34,370 nucleotides of DNA, from the NCBI GenBank assembly GCA_964602575.1, contig CAZRSI010000003.1, positions 1 to 34,370 on the forward strand, read 5' to 3'. How positions within the stretch are numbered: the first letter of the stretch is position 1; each line of letters starts with the position of its first letter. Positions 7,733-15,478 of this stretch are shown piece by piece. The DNA comes from an uncultured Anaerolineae bacterium. Lineage in GTDB: Bacteria > Chloroflexota > Anaerolineae > VGOG01. The notes under the pieces are model-generated. The model ran no database searches and was not told where the DNA came from. It saw nothing but the letters and a program-made list of their open reading frames with translations. Made by a program: the position numbers and the translations under genes.

Positions 7733-9199
7733 ATGACGATCAAGACGAGAGAAGACTATCTGGCAGCACTTCGGAAGCTTAGGCCGAATATCTACAAGTT
7801 TGGCGAGCTCATCGAGGATGTCACCACGCACCCGGCCACGAAGAGAACGGTCGAAAGCCACGCCCGCTGTTATGACGCGGCCAACGATCCGGAACTGGCG
7901 GATATATACACGACTACTTCCGTTTTTACCGGCGAGAAGATCCTGCGCTGGAATTCCATGATGCAAAGCGCGGACGACCTCATCGCCAATATGAAAATGA
8001 AACGCCAGAACTACCGGCGCACCGGGAGTTGCACCGGCGGGGTCTGTGTGGGCTGGAACGCCCAGAATGTGATGTGGGCGATCACCCACGAGATGGATCA
8101 GGAATTCGGCACGGATTACCAAGAGAGGCTGAAAAGCTGGATCCTGTCGGCTCAGGCCCAGGGTCTGACAGTGGCCGGAGCCATGACCGATGCCAAAGGA
8201 AACCGCAGCCTCAAGCCATCGCAGCAGCCAGACCCGGACACCAATTTGCGAGTGGTAGAGGTCAAGGACGATGGCATTGTCATCCGTGGGGCCAAAGTGA
8301 TGATCTGCGGCACGGCGGCCTCGCATGAAATCTTTGTTCTGCCCGGCGGTGTTTACCGAGAGGAGGATCGGGACTACGCGGTGGCTTGCGTTGTGCCCCG
8401 CGACATCGAAGGCCTGACCATTGTTGAAGCCACACACCCCAGCGACCGACGCGAGCTCGAGGAAACCGCTGGTGGCGAGGTTCCGGCCACAGGTATCACC
8501 CAGGGGTGGCTCTTGTTTGAGGATGTCTTCGTGCCCAAGGAACGGGTTTTCATGTGCGGGGAGTATCAGTACACCGCCAAAGTTATCCAGTATTTCACCT
8601 CCAACTACCGGGCCTGCATCGGGGCCTGCGTGGCGGGCCAGGGAGACGTTATGATTGGCGCCGCCGTACTGCTGGCCCGGGCCAATGGCCTTTCGGCCAG
8701 AACATTCAGGAACAAACTGGTGGACATGTCCATCAACAACCAGATCACCTTTGGCCTGGGGGTGGGGGCGTGTGCCATGGGCTCTCGCCATCCCTCAGGC
8801 TCGTGGTTTGCCGACCCACTTACCGCCAATGTCAACAAGGTCATGGTGGCTACCCTGCCCTACGAGGTCAAGAGATTGACTCAGGAGATCGGCGGCGGCA
8901 TCGCCGAAACCGGCTGTATGCCTGCCTACAAGGACCTCACTGACCCGAGGTATGGACACCTGCTCCAGAAGTATTTCAAAGCAGGGTCGTGTTCCGGCGA
9001 GACGCGCTTCAAGGCCGCCCGCTTGGCCGAGTGGCTGACCGTCGGCGCGGGGATACCAGGCTGCATGCACGGCGGCGGCTCTCCAGATGGCGCCAAACTG
9101 GTCGTCAGGTTCACCACGCCGGTGGAGGAGTACGTCGAATACGCCAGGAAGATAATGGGTATCGAGGAGGAGGTTCCCGAACCGCAGAAGCCGAAGTGA
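7733..9199 (+). CDS. 4-hydroxybutyryl-CoA dehydratase / vinylacetyl-CoA isomerase-like protein (AbfD/HpaB superfamily)
   Basis: Trimmed to ATG 7733 (MTIKTREDYLAALRKLRPNIYKFGELIEDVTTHPA) behind the RBS AAAGGAG. Its length and the motifs GAMTDAKGNRSLKPSQQPDPD and GIVIRGAK match AbfD as I recall it. Cysteine patterns are SCTGGVC and YRACIGAC. Confidence 0.8.
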   Translation: MTIKTREDYLAALRKLRPNIYKFGELIEDVTTHPATKRTVESHARCYDAANDPELADIYTTTSVFTGEKILRWNSMMQSADDLIANMKMKRQNYRRTGSCTGGVCVGWNAQNVMWAITHEMDQEFGTDYQERLKSWILSAQAQGLTVAGAMTDAKGNRSLKPSQQPDPDTNLRVVEVKDDGIVIRGAKVMICGTAASHEIFVLPGGVYREEDRDYAVACVVPRDIEGLTIVEATHPSDRRELEETAGGEVPATGITQGWLLFEDVFVPKERVFMCGEYQYTAKVIQYFTSNYRACIGACVAGQGDVMIGAAVLLARANGLSARTFRNKLVDMSINNQITFGLGVGACAMGSRHPSGSWFADPLTANVNKVMVATLPYEVKRLTQEIGGGIAETGCMPAYKDLTDPRYGHLLQKYFKAGSCSGETRFKAARLAEWLTVGAGIPGCMHGGGSPDGAKLVVRFTTPVEEYVEYARKIMGIEEEVPEPQKPK

Positions 9200-9210
9200 G
9201 CTCGGAGACC

Positions 9211-9287
9211 CGTAAACTCGTAAGTTCGTAAACTCGTGAATTCGGGAGCTGATCCACGAGTTTACGATTATACGAATCTACGACTCC
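9211..9287. repeat. Inverted arrays of CGT-phased octamers forming a long imperfect hairpin
   Basis: The left array is CGTAAACT CGTAAGTT CGTAAACT CGTGAATT CGGGAGCT (9211-9250). The right array is ACGAGTTT ACGATTAT ACGAATCT ACGACTCC (9256-9287). The core 12-bp perfect stem pairs CGTAAACTCGTG (9227-9238) with CACGAGTTTACG (9255-9266) around a 16-nt loop. Confidence 0.75.
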
Positions 9288-9321
9288 ACCAACCTACTGT
9301 TCTGTGGATAAGGACGTAGCA

Positions 9322-10947
9322 ATGCCCACCTATGATTTCCAACTCCTGCTCAAACACCTGCTTGAGCACGGCGTAGCATGGGCCCCCGACCAGGAGATCG
9401 TCTACCGCGACCAGATGCGTTACACCTATACTGAGATGTACGGTAGGGTGCTCAGACTGGCCGCTGCCCTCCAAGGGTTGGACGTGAAGCGAGGCACCAA
9501 GGTCGGCGTGATCGAGTGGGACAGCCACCGCTATTTGGAGATGTATTTCGGAATCCCTGGTATCGGGGCTATCCTCCACACCATCAACCCCCGCTTGTCC
9601 CCAGAGAACGTCCTCTACACCATGCAACACGCGGAGGACGAGGTGTTTATCTTCCACGAGGATTTCCTGCCCCTGGTGGAACAAGTTCGCTCCCGGCTGC
9701 CCTCCATCCGCAAGTACATCCTAGTCACCGACCAAGAGAAGAAGCCAGACATCGAATGGGTGGATGCGGAGTACGAGGAACTTCTATCCGGCGCCTCACC
9801 CCTAGACGAATTGCCGAACTTCGACGAGAACACCCAGGCCACCTTGTCCTACACCACCGGCACGACGGGCAAGCCCAAGGGGGTCTACTTCAGCCATCGG
9901 CAACTGGTGCTGCACACCTTCGCCGGCTGGGGCTCCTTGCCCATCCTCTGCAATTACAATCCCATGGGCAAGCACGAAGTGTATATGCCCCTCACGCCCA
10001 TGTTCCACGTTCACGCCTGGGGGGTGCCCTACTGGGCCACCGTCTACGGTCTCAAACAGGTTTATCCTGGTAAATATGATCCAGAGTTGCTCCTCCGCCT
10101 GATCGTGGAGGAGAGGGTGACTTTCAGCCACTGTGTGCCCACCATTCTGCAGATGGTCATCACCGCAGCGGCGGAGAAGGGCCTGGACCTGGGCCATTGG
10201 AGGGTAATCACCGGCGGCGCGCGGCTCACCAAGGGAGTAGCTATGGCCGCTAGGGAACTGGGCATCAAGGTCACCGGCGGTTATGGCCTCTCCGAGACCT
10301 GCCCGTTCCTTACCTGTGCCAACCTCAAACCGTTCATGGAGGATGAATGGGATGAGGACAAACAGTTGGATTGGATGGTCAAGACCGGGTTTGTCATGCC
10401 GCTGGTCAAGATAAGGGTGATAGGACCCGACGGTAAAGACGTGGCCCGGGACGGGACCGAGACCGGTGAGATCGTGGTGCGCTCTCCCTGGACCACGCCC
10501 GGTTACTACAAGGACCCCGAACGGTCTGAGGAGTTGTGGGCCGGAGGGTGGTTGCACACTGGCGACGTGGCCGTTGTGGACGAGTATGGCTACATCCAGA
10601 TTGTGGACCGCATCAAGGATGTCATCAAGAGCGGTGGTGAGTGGATCGTCTCTTTGGAATTGGAGAACCTGCTCAGCTTGCATGAAGACGTGTTGGAGGC
10701 GGCGGTGATCGGCGTGCCCGACGAAAAGTGGGGTGAGCGGCCCCTGGCTGTCATCGTCCCCAGGAGGGGAGCCGAGGAGCGGGTGACGGCTAACGCCATG
10801 CGGGAGCATCTGCAGAAGTTCGTGGCCGATGGGGTGATCACCAAGTGGGCGGTGCCTGAGCGCTACGTCTTCGTCCAGGAATTGCCCAGGACCAGTGTGG
10901 GCAAGATTGACAAGAAAGTGTTGCGCAGTCGGTATAGAGCCGGCTAG
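9322..10947 (+). CDS. AMP-dependent acyl-CoA synthetase/ligase, second paralog (medium/long-chain type)
   Basis: Motifs LSYTTGTTGKPKGV, GYGLSE and HTGDVAVVDEYGYIQIVDRIKDVIKSGGEWIVSLELE. The ORF opens at GTG 9304; I prefer ATG 9322 (MPTYDFQLL), but the start is uncertain. Confidence 0.85.
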   Translation: MPTYDFQLLLKHLLEHGVAWAPDQEIVYRDQMRYTYTEMYGRVLRLAAALQGLDVKRGTKVGVIEWDSHRYLEMYFGIPGIGAILHTINPRLSPENVLYTMQHAEDEVFIFHEDFLPLVEQVRSRLPSIRKYILVTDQEKKPDIEWVDAEYEELLSGASPLDELPNFDENTQATLSYTTGTTGKPKGVYFSHRQLVLHTFAGWGSLPILCNYNPMGKHEVYMPLTPMFHVHAWGVPYWATVYGLKQVYPGKYDPELLLRLIVEERVTFSHCVPTILQMVITAAAEKGLDLGHWRVITGGARLTKGVAMAARELGIKVTGGYGLSETCPFLTCANLKPFMEDEWDEDKQLDWMVKTGFVMPLVKIRVIGPDGKDVARDGTETGEIVVRSPWTTPGYYKDPERSEELWAGGWLHTGDVAVVDEYGYIQIVDRIKDVIKSGGEWIVSLELENLLSLHEDVLEAAVIGVPDEKWGERPLAVIVPRRGAEERVTANAMREHLQKFVADGVITKWAVPERYVFVQELPRTSVGKIDKKVLRSRYRAG

Positions 10948-10966
10948 CTAGTTAAAGGAGGGAGTC

Positions 10967-12022
10967 ATGAGTGTGCCAACAATGGAAGGCGTGACCGCCA
11001 AGACAATTGCGACAGAGCGGATTACCACCCGGGTGTTGTTAACCGGGCCAGAGGATGGTATCCCTGTGCTCTTTTTGCATGGCAACTTCTCTTCAGCCAC
11101 CTGGTGGGAAGAGACCATGCTGGCCTTACCTGCAGGGTATCGAGGCATCGCTCCGGATCTACGCGGGTACGGCGATGCCGATCCAGCGAAAAAGGTGGAT
11201 GCTACACGCGGCGCGGGCGACTGGGCTGATGATGCGGTGGCGTTGCTCGATCACCTGGGCATCGAGAAAGCGCACATCGTCGGGTGCTCCATGGGTGGCT
11301 CCGTCATCTGGCGAATGATGATGGATTATCCTGAGCGGTTCCTGACGGTAACGTTGATCAGCCCCGGCTCACCTTACGGCTTTGGCGGCACCAAGGATGA
11401 GGACGGCACGCCATGTTACCCCGATTTCGCGGGCACGGGGGGCGGCCTGGTGAATCCTGAGTTGATCGAGCGGACAAAAGCTGGGGACCGTAGCCTGGAA
11501 AGCCCGTTTTCGCCACGGGTAGGCATGCGAGGCCTATTCGTTGAACCGTTCATTCCACCCCGTGAGGAGGAATTGCTTTCCTCGTTGCTATCCATCCATA
11601 TCGGCGAGCGGGACTTTCCGGGCGACTCAGTTCCGTCTCCCAACTGGCCCTATGTCGCTCCGGGGGTTTGGGGGCCGGCCAATGCGATGTCGCCCAAATA
11701 CGCCGGAGACGTGAGCAAAATCTATGATGGAAGGCTAAAGGTGCCCGTGTTGTGGATACGTGGCAGCCATGACCAAGTCGTTTCCGATGCCTCAACCTCA
11801 GATCCCGGTTTCCTGGGCAAGATGGGGGTTATACCGGGCTGGCCTGGGGAGGATGTGTTTCCCCCACAGCCGATGCTTCGCCAGACCCGCGCTGTGCTCG
11901 AGAAATACGCCGCCGCTGGTGGCAGTTACCGCGAAGTTGTCATTCAGGATGCGGGGCACATACCCTTTATCGAGAAACCGCAAGAGTTCAACGCGGCCTT
12001 TCATGCGCACATCGCTGGGTAG
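10967..12022 (+). CDS. Alpha/beta-fold hydrolase
   Basis: 351 aa with the RBS AAAGGAGGG upstream. It has VLFLHGN (oxyanion region), the nucleophile elbow GCSMGG and a C-terminal DAGHIPFIE (catalytic His region). Confidence 0.8.
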   Translation: MSVPTMEGVTAKTIATERITTRVLLTGPEDGIPVLFLHGNFSSATWWEETMLALPAGYRGIAPDLRGYGDADPAKKVDATRGAGDWADDAVALLDHLGIEKAHIVGCSMGGSVIWRMMMDYPERFLTVTLISPGSPYGFGGTKDEDGTPCYPDFAGTGGGLVNPELIERTKAGDRSLESPFSPRVGMRGLFVEPFIPPREEELLSSLLSIHIGERDFPGDSVPSPNWPYVAPGVWGPANAMSPKYAGDVSKIYDGRLKVPVLWIRGSHDQVVSDASTSDPGFLGKMGVIPGWPGEDVFPPQPMLRQTRAVLEKYAAAGGSYREVVIQDAGHIPFIEKPQEFNAAFHAHIAG

Positions 12023-12057
12023 TCTCCCTCCTTCGTGTTGATGTCTCTTTGTGCTCT

Positions 12058-12107
12058 GGCAGGATCGCCAGATCCTGCCGACAAGCCATCGGATCTGGCG
12101 ATCTGAT
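12058..12107. repeat. Twin hairpins in which the second is approximately the reverse complement of the first
   Basis: Hairpin 1 is GGCAGGATC-gcca-GATCCTGCC (12058-12079, 9-bp perfect stem). Hairpin 2 is ATCGGATC-tggc-GATCTGAT (12088-12107, one G-U). The two loops are reverse complements of each other. Confidence 0.6.
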
Positions 12108-12207
12108 GGGAGCGAAATACCACAAAAGGCAGCCAGCGATCCATCAACACGGTACAGGGAGACTACCTAGGGTCCAGCCCCAGAGAAACAGGTATTTTGA
12201 GGAGGCT

Positions 12208-12936
12208 ATGCATTTGCGTATCCATTCAGACATTACCACCCAAATTATCGAAAAGGCCAAGGATTTCGGAGCATCGTTGGCCGGCATCGCCAGTGTCGCA
12301 GCCCTCAAGAATTCACCCTCTTACGAAGTCTACGACAAATCACCCTATTACGAGGGCTACGAGGGGGTCGTGTGGCCTGCTCAGGCCAAGTCGGTGCTGG
12401 TATTGGCGCTGCTTCACGATCCGTCTGAGCCCGAGCTGGACTGGTGGGACTATCAACCGGGTAGAACCCGTGGAAACCGCCGGTTGATAAGTATAGCCAA
12501 CGCTCTGAAAGAATGGTTGGGCGAGGATCTGGATATCAATGCTCAACCTTTGCCATACAGGGTCGAGCAGGGTGGGATCCTTCTCAAGGATGCAGCGGTG
12601 CTGGCGGGATTAGGTGTGATAGGTAAGAACAACCTGGTGATCACCCCGCAATTTGGGCCACGTGTCCGTCTGCGTGCCCTCTTTCTTGATGTGGATTTGG
12701 AGCCCACCGGGCCGATAGAATTTGAACCCTGTAAGGGCTGCGATATGCCGTGCCGTCGGGCCTGTCCTCAGAAAGCCTTTAGAAGCGGATCCTACAGCAG
12801 AGCTTTGTGTGATATCGAGATGGGAAAAGCTGAGGCCAACGAAGTGATTGTCGAAAACTGGAAAGACGATGGTTCTCCGGACAGGGTCAGAAAATATTGT
12901 CGGGCTTGCGAACTGGCATGTCCTGTGGCTCGATAA
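12208..12936 (+). CDS. Fe-S protein resembling epoxyqueuosine reductase (QueG) or the reductive-dehalogenase-type ferredoxin domain
   Basis: Trimmed to ATG 12208 (MHLRIHSD) behind the RBS GAGGAGG. The motif LKDAAVLAGLGVIGKNNLVITPQFGPRVRL is QueG-like. Cysteine clusters are CKGCDMPCRRACP and CRACELACP. Confidence 0.6.
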   Translation: MHLRIHSDITTQIIEKAKDFGASLAGIASVAALKNSPSYEVYDKSPYYEGYEGVVWPAQAKSVLVLALLHDPSEPELDWWDYQPGRTRGNRRLISIANALKEWLGEDLDINAQPLPYRVEQGGILLKDAAVLAGLGVIGKNNLVITPQFGPRVRLRALFLDVDLEPTGPIEFEPCKGCDMPCRRACPQKAFRSGSYSRALCDIEMGKAEANEVIVENWKDDGSPDRVRKYCRACELACPVAR

Positions 12937-13111
12937 ACAGGAGTAATGAGAGCACGGAAACTGATGCCGTCTCGCAAGAAAGAAAGACCTGCTATACGGA
13001 GCTAGGGGGAGCGACTCCCCTGGGGAGGAAGTCTATGCAATATGGTACACAAATTAGAGTCATCCCTATCAAGTTTCACCTTCAGTTCAAAACAAAAAGG
13101 AGGAGTAAGTA

Positions 13112-14371
13112 ATGAAATCCAAATATTCCACCCGTGTCTTGACCCTTATTCTGTCGGTGTTGATGGTAGCCGGCTGTGCAACAACCCCAGCCAAGCCAAC
13201 TGAAGCCCCAACAGCTACTCCAACAGAGGCCGCTCCGATCAAGGTGGGTCTGATAGCTGCCTTGGGCGACGTTAGCGGTATCAATGGACAGAATGGGGCC
13301 CTTTTGGCAGAGAAGGAAATCAATGCTGCAGGAGGGGTTTTGGGACGACCTCTAAAAGTGATCGTCGTGGACGACGAGATGACGCCTGAGAAGGGAGCCG
13401 CGGCTGTAGACAAGCTGGCCACCGTGGACAATGTGGATGCATTTGTCATCAACTCCTTCAGCGGTGTGCATATGGCCCAGATACCCGCACTGAAGAAATA
13501 TGGGAAAGTGACCATCGTGACCGGTGCTGCTTCACATCTCTGTGAAGAGGCCATCGGGGAGGATGCTGATTGGTATTTCCATCTGCATTCCTGGGACTAT
13601 ATGCAAGGTGAAGGCCAGAAGGCCGGCTGGCAGGCGTTTGCGGAGAAATACCCGGATATAATGTTTAAAAGCGTGTTCATGGCATACGAGGAAGGCGCGT
13701 TCGGGACCGCATCGTACCAATTCAGCCAGAAGCTCTTTGAAGACATAGCCACCTTGTCCGGGGAATCCTTCAAGAGTGCAGCCATGGGCGGCGGAGACTA
13801 TAGCGCTGTCCTAGAGCATGCAAAGGCGGAAAACCCAGATTGCTTCACTTGGGTTGGGTACGCTGCAGATGCCTTGCCTATTCTAGAGCAAGCCAAAGCA
13901 ATCAACTTTGCCCCCAAGTTCTTCGTAGGTGCTCCCCCGGGCTGGCCACCGGACTTTGGTGAGTCACCGTTGGCCGAGGGGGTCATCGCCTATGAGGTAT
14001 GGGCAGATGCTCTAACCGAAGTGAGTGATATCAGCAAGAGCTTCTATGATGGCTATGTTGAGATGTTTGGCTCCGGCCCAGATAACTACCTGGCGCCTCT
14101 GGTGTACAGTGCTATCCATATCTTGGTTGAAGGGATGGAACGTGCTGGCACCATCGAGACTGAAGCACTGATTGCGGCTTTGGAGCAAACGGAATATAAG
14201 GCCCCAACCATGGAGGTTATCACCTTTTCACCCTCGAGGATCATTTCACATCAGGCCCCCTTGACACCCATGCTTACTCAGTACCAGGGTGGAAAGTTGG
14301 AAGTCATTTACCCGTGGGATAGGGCCACTTCCGAATTGATCTATCCATTCCCTGCCTGGGAAGGTCGCTGA
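13112..14371 (+). CDS. LIV-type (branched-chain amino acid family) ABC transporter substrate-binding lipoprotein
   Basis: 419 aa with the RBS AAAAGGAGG upstream. It has a signal peptide with the lipobox LMVAGC. IKVGLIAALGDVSGINGQNGALLAEKEINAAGGVLGRPLKVIVVDD is typical of the periplasmic-binding-protein type 1 (LivJ/K-like) family. Confidence 0.85.
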   Translation: MKSKYSTRVLTLILSVLMVAGCATTPAKPTEAPTATPTEAAPIKVGLIAALGDVSGINGQNGALLAEKEINAAGGVLGRPLKVIVVDDEMTPEKGAAAVDKLATVDNVDAFVINSFSGVHMAQIPALKKYGKVTIVTGAASHLCEEAIGEDADWYFHLHSWDYMQGEGQKAGWQAFAEKYPDIMFKSVFMAYEEGAFGTASYQFSQKLFEDIATLSGESFKSAAMGGGDYSAVLEHAKAENPDCFTWVGYAADALPILEQAKAINFAPKFFVGAPPGWPPDFGESPLAEGVIAYEVWADALTEVSDISKSFYDGYVEMFGSGPDNYLAPLVYSAIHILVEGMERAGTIETEALIAALEQTEYKAPTMEVITFSPSRIISHQAPLTPMLTQYQGGKLEVIYPWDRATSELIYPFPAWEGR

Positions 14372-14405
14372 GCGTACAAGTCATAGTTTCGCGATGAAAC
14401 CATCG

Positions 14406-14445
14406 GGCACCAAGCCCGAGTATAAATTTACTTGGGCTTGGTGCC
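14406..14445 (+). promoter_or_regulatory. Stem-loop directly after the binding-protein gene (attenuator or mRNA stabiliser)
   Basis: GGCACCAAGCCCGAG (14406-14420) pairs with CTTGGGCTTGGTGCC (14431-14445). That gives 15 bp with one G-U and a 10-nt AT-rich loop. Only TTT follows. Confidence 0.55.
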
Positions 14446-14459
14446 TTTGAAGGTGGAAT

Positions 14460-15395
14460 ATGGAATTGCCAGGCGTACTTAAGCAGAGAAGGAACCAATA
14501 TGCACTCGCTTGTCTGTTCCTTGTGGTCCTTTTGATTCTTTGGAAACCCAGTGTTCTTATCTATGGAGTCCAAAGGGCTGGCTTGTATGCCGCGATCGCG
14601 ATTCCCATGGCCCTCGTTCTCGGTGTAGTGGGCATTCTCAATATTGCACACGGCGATTTTATGATGATCGGGGCTTACCTCGCATACTGGGGGAATGTTC
14701 TCTATGGGGTTGACCCTCTGGTTGCCATGATTCCTGTCTTTGTGGTCATGTTTGTCGTTGGGGCAGTTACTTACAAGACCACCATCAAAAAGGTATTGGA
14801 TGCTCCGGAGTTCAGCCAACTCTTGCTGACCTTTGGCTTGGCAATGATATTGGAGCAGTTGGCAAACTTGTTGTGGACTTCCCAACCTAGAAAATTGCAT
14901 GTGGATTATGCCTCTACATCAGCAACGATTGGTCCTTACAGCTTTGGCGTCTTTGAGTTTGCCAACGCGGCCATTGCCCTCCTTATTCTTATCACTCTTG
15001 TGTTGTTTTTGAGCCGCACCAGAACGGGGCAGGCTGCTCTGGCTGTGGGGCAGAATCCTCGGGGAGCCAGGCTTGTGGGCATAGACGTGGAGCGATCATA
15101 CCTCCTTCTCTTCAGTCTGTCCATTGCCATAGTATCTGCTATCGGTGGTCTCTTTCTCGTTCGCCATTCCATCTTTCCCCTGGTTGGAGGTTCTTACACG
15201 ATGAGATCCTTTGCTCTCATCGCTATGGCAGGCATCGGAAACCTCCCGGGAATACTGTATTGCAGCTTGGTGCTGGGCGTAGCGGAGAGCCTTATCATAA
15301 GCTTTAAAGGATACGGCGGGTGGGCAGATATTGTCTTCTTTGCCTTTATCCTGCTGGTAATCCTCATTAGATCCTATCGGGAGAGACTAACATAA
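14460..15395 (+). CDS. livH: Branched-chain amino acid-type ABC transporter permease (LivH family)
   Basis: 311 aa and polytopic, with the family motif GILNIAHGDFMMIGAY. The RBS AAGGTGG lies upstream. An internal GTG at 14523 is an alternative start. Confidence 0.85.
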   Translation: MELPGVLKQRRNQYALACLFLVVLLILWKPSVLIYGVQRAGLYAAIAIPMALVLGVVGILNIAHGDFMMIGAYLAYWGNVLYGVDPLVAMIPVFVVMFVVGAVTYKTTIKKVLDAPEFSQLLLTFGLAMILEQLANLLWTSQPRKLHVDYASTSATIGPYSFGVFEFANAAIALLILITLVLFLSRTRTGQAALAVGQNPRGARLVGIDVERSYLLLFSLSIAIVSAIGGLFLVRHSIFPLVGGSYTMRSFALIAMAGIGNLPGILYCSLVLGVAESLIISFKGYGGWADIVFFAFILLVILIRSYRERLT

Positions 15396-15478
15396 AAACC
15401 TGGAAGCCTATCCTCGCTGTTGTTGTCCTTATCCTGTGCATAACTTTTCCCTTTTATGCTGGGGCATATCCACAACGT

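Noticed and set aside
7727-8791. There are long antisense ORFs: 7727..8791 (354 aa), 9802..10809 (335 aa), 18234..19136 (300 aa), 24920..25969 (349 aa), plus many of 150-230 aa.
   Set aside because: Each lies opposite a confidently recognised gene with clear family motifs. Their translations are Arg/Gly/Pro/His-rich low-complexity strings without recognisable motifs or RBS. They are typical stop-poor antisense frames of GC-rich coding DNA.
4577-9287. The short phased repeats might be a degenerate CRISPR array or minisatellite-encoded peptide repeats.
   Set aside because: The period is 7-8 nt with no spacers, and the arrays total under 80 nt. They lie exactly between stop and start codons, so this is neither CRISPR architecture nor coding repeats.
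12049-12207. A 53-aa N-terminal extension of the Fe-S protein ORF (MCSGRIARSCRQ...) was considered.
   Set aside because: The extension is Arg/Gln-rich and has no RBS. It runs through the twin-hairpin repeat at 12058-12107. A strong GAGGAGG RBS precedes the internal ATG at 12208, where the family-like sequence begins.
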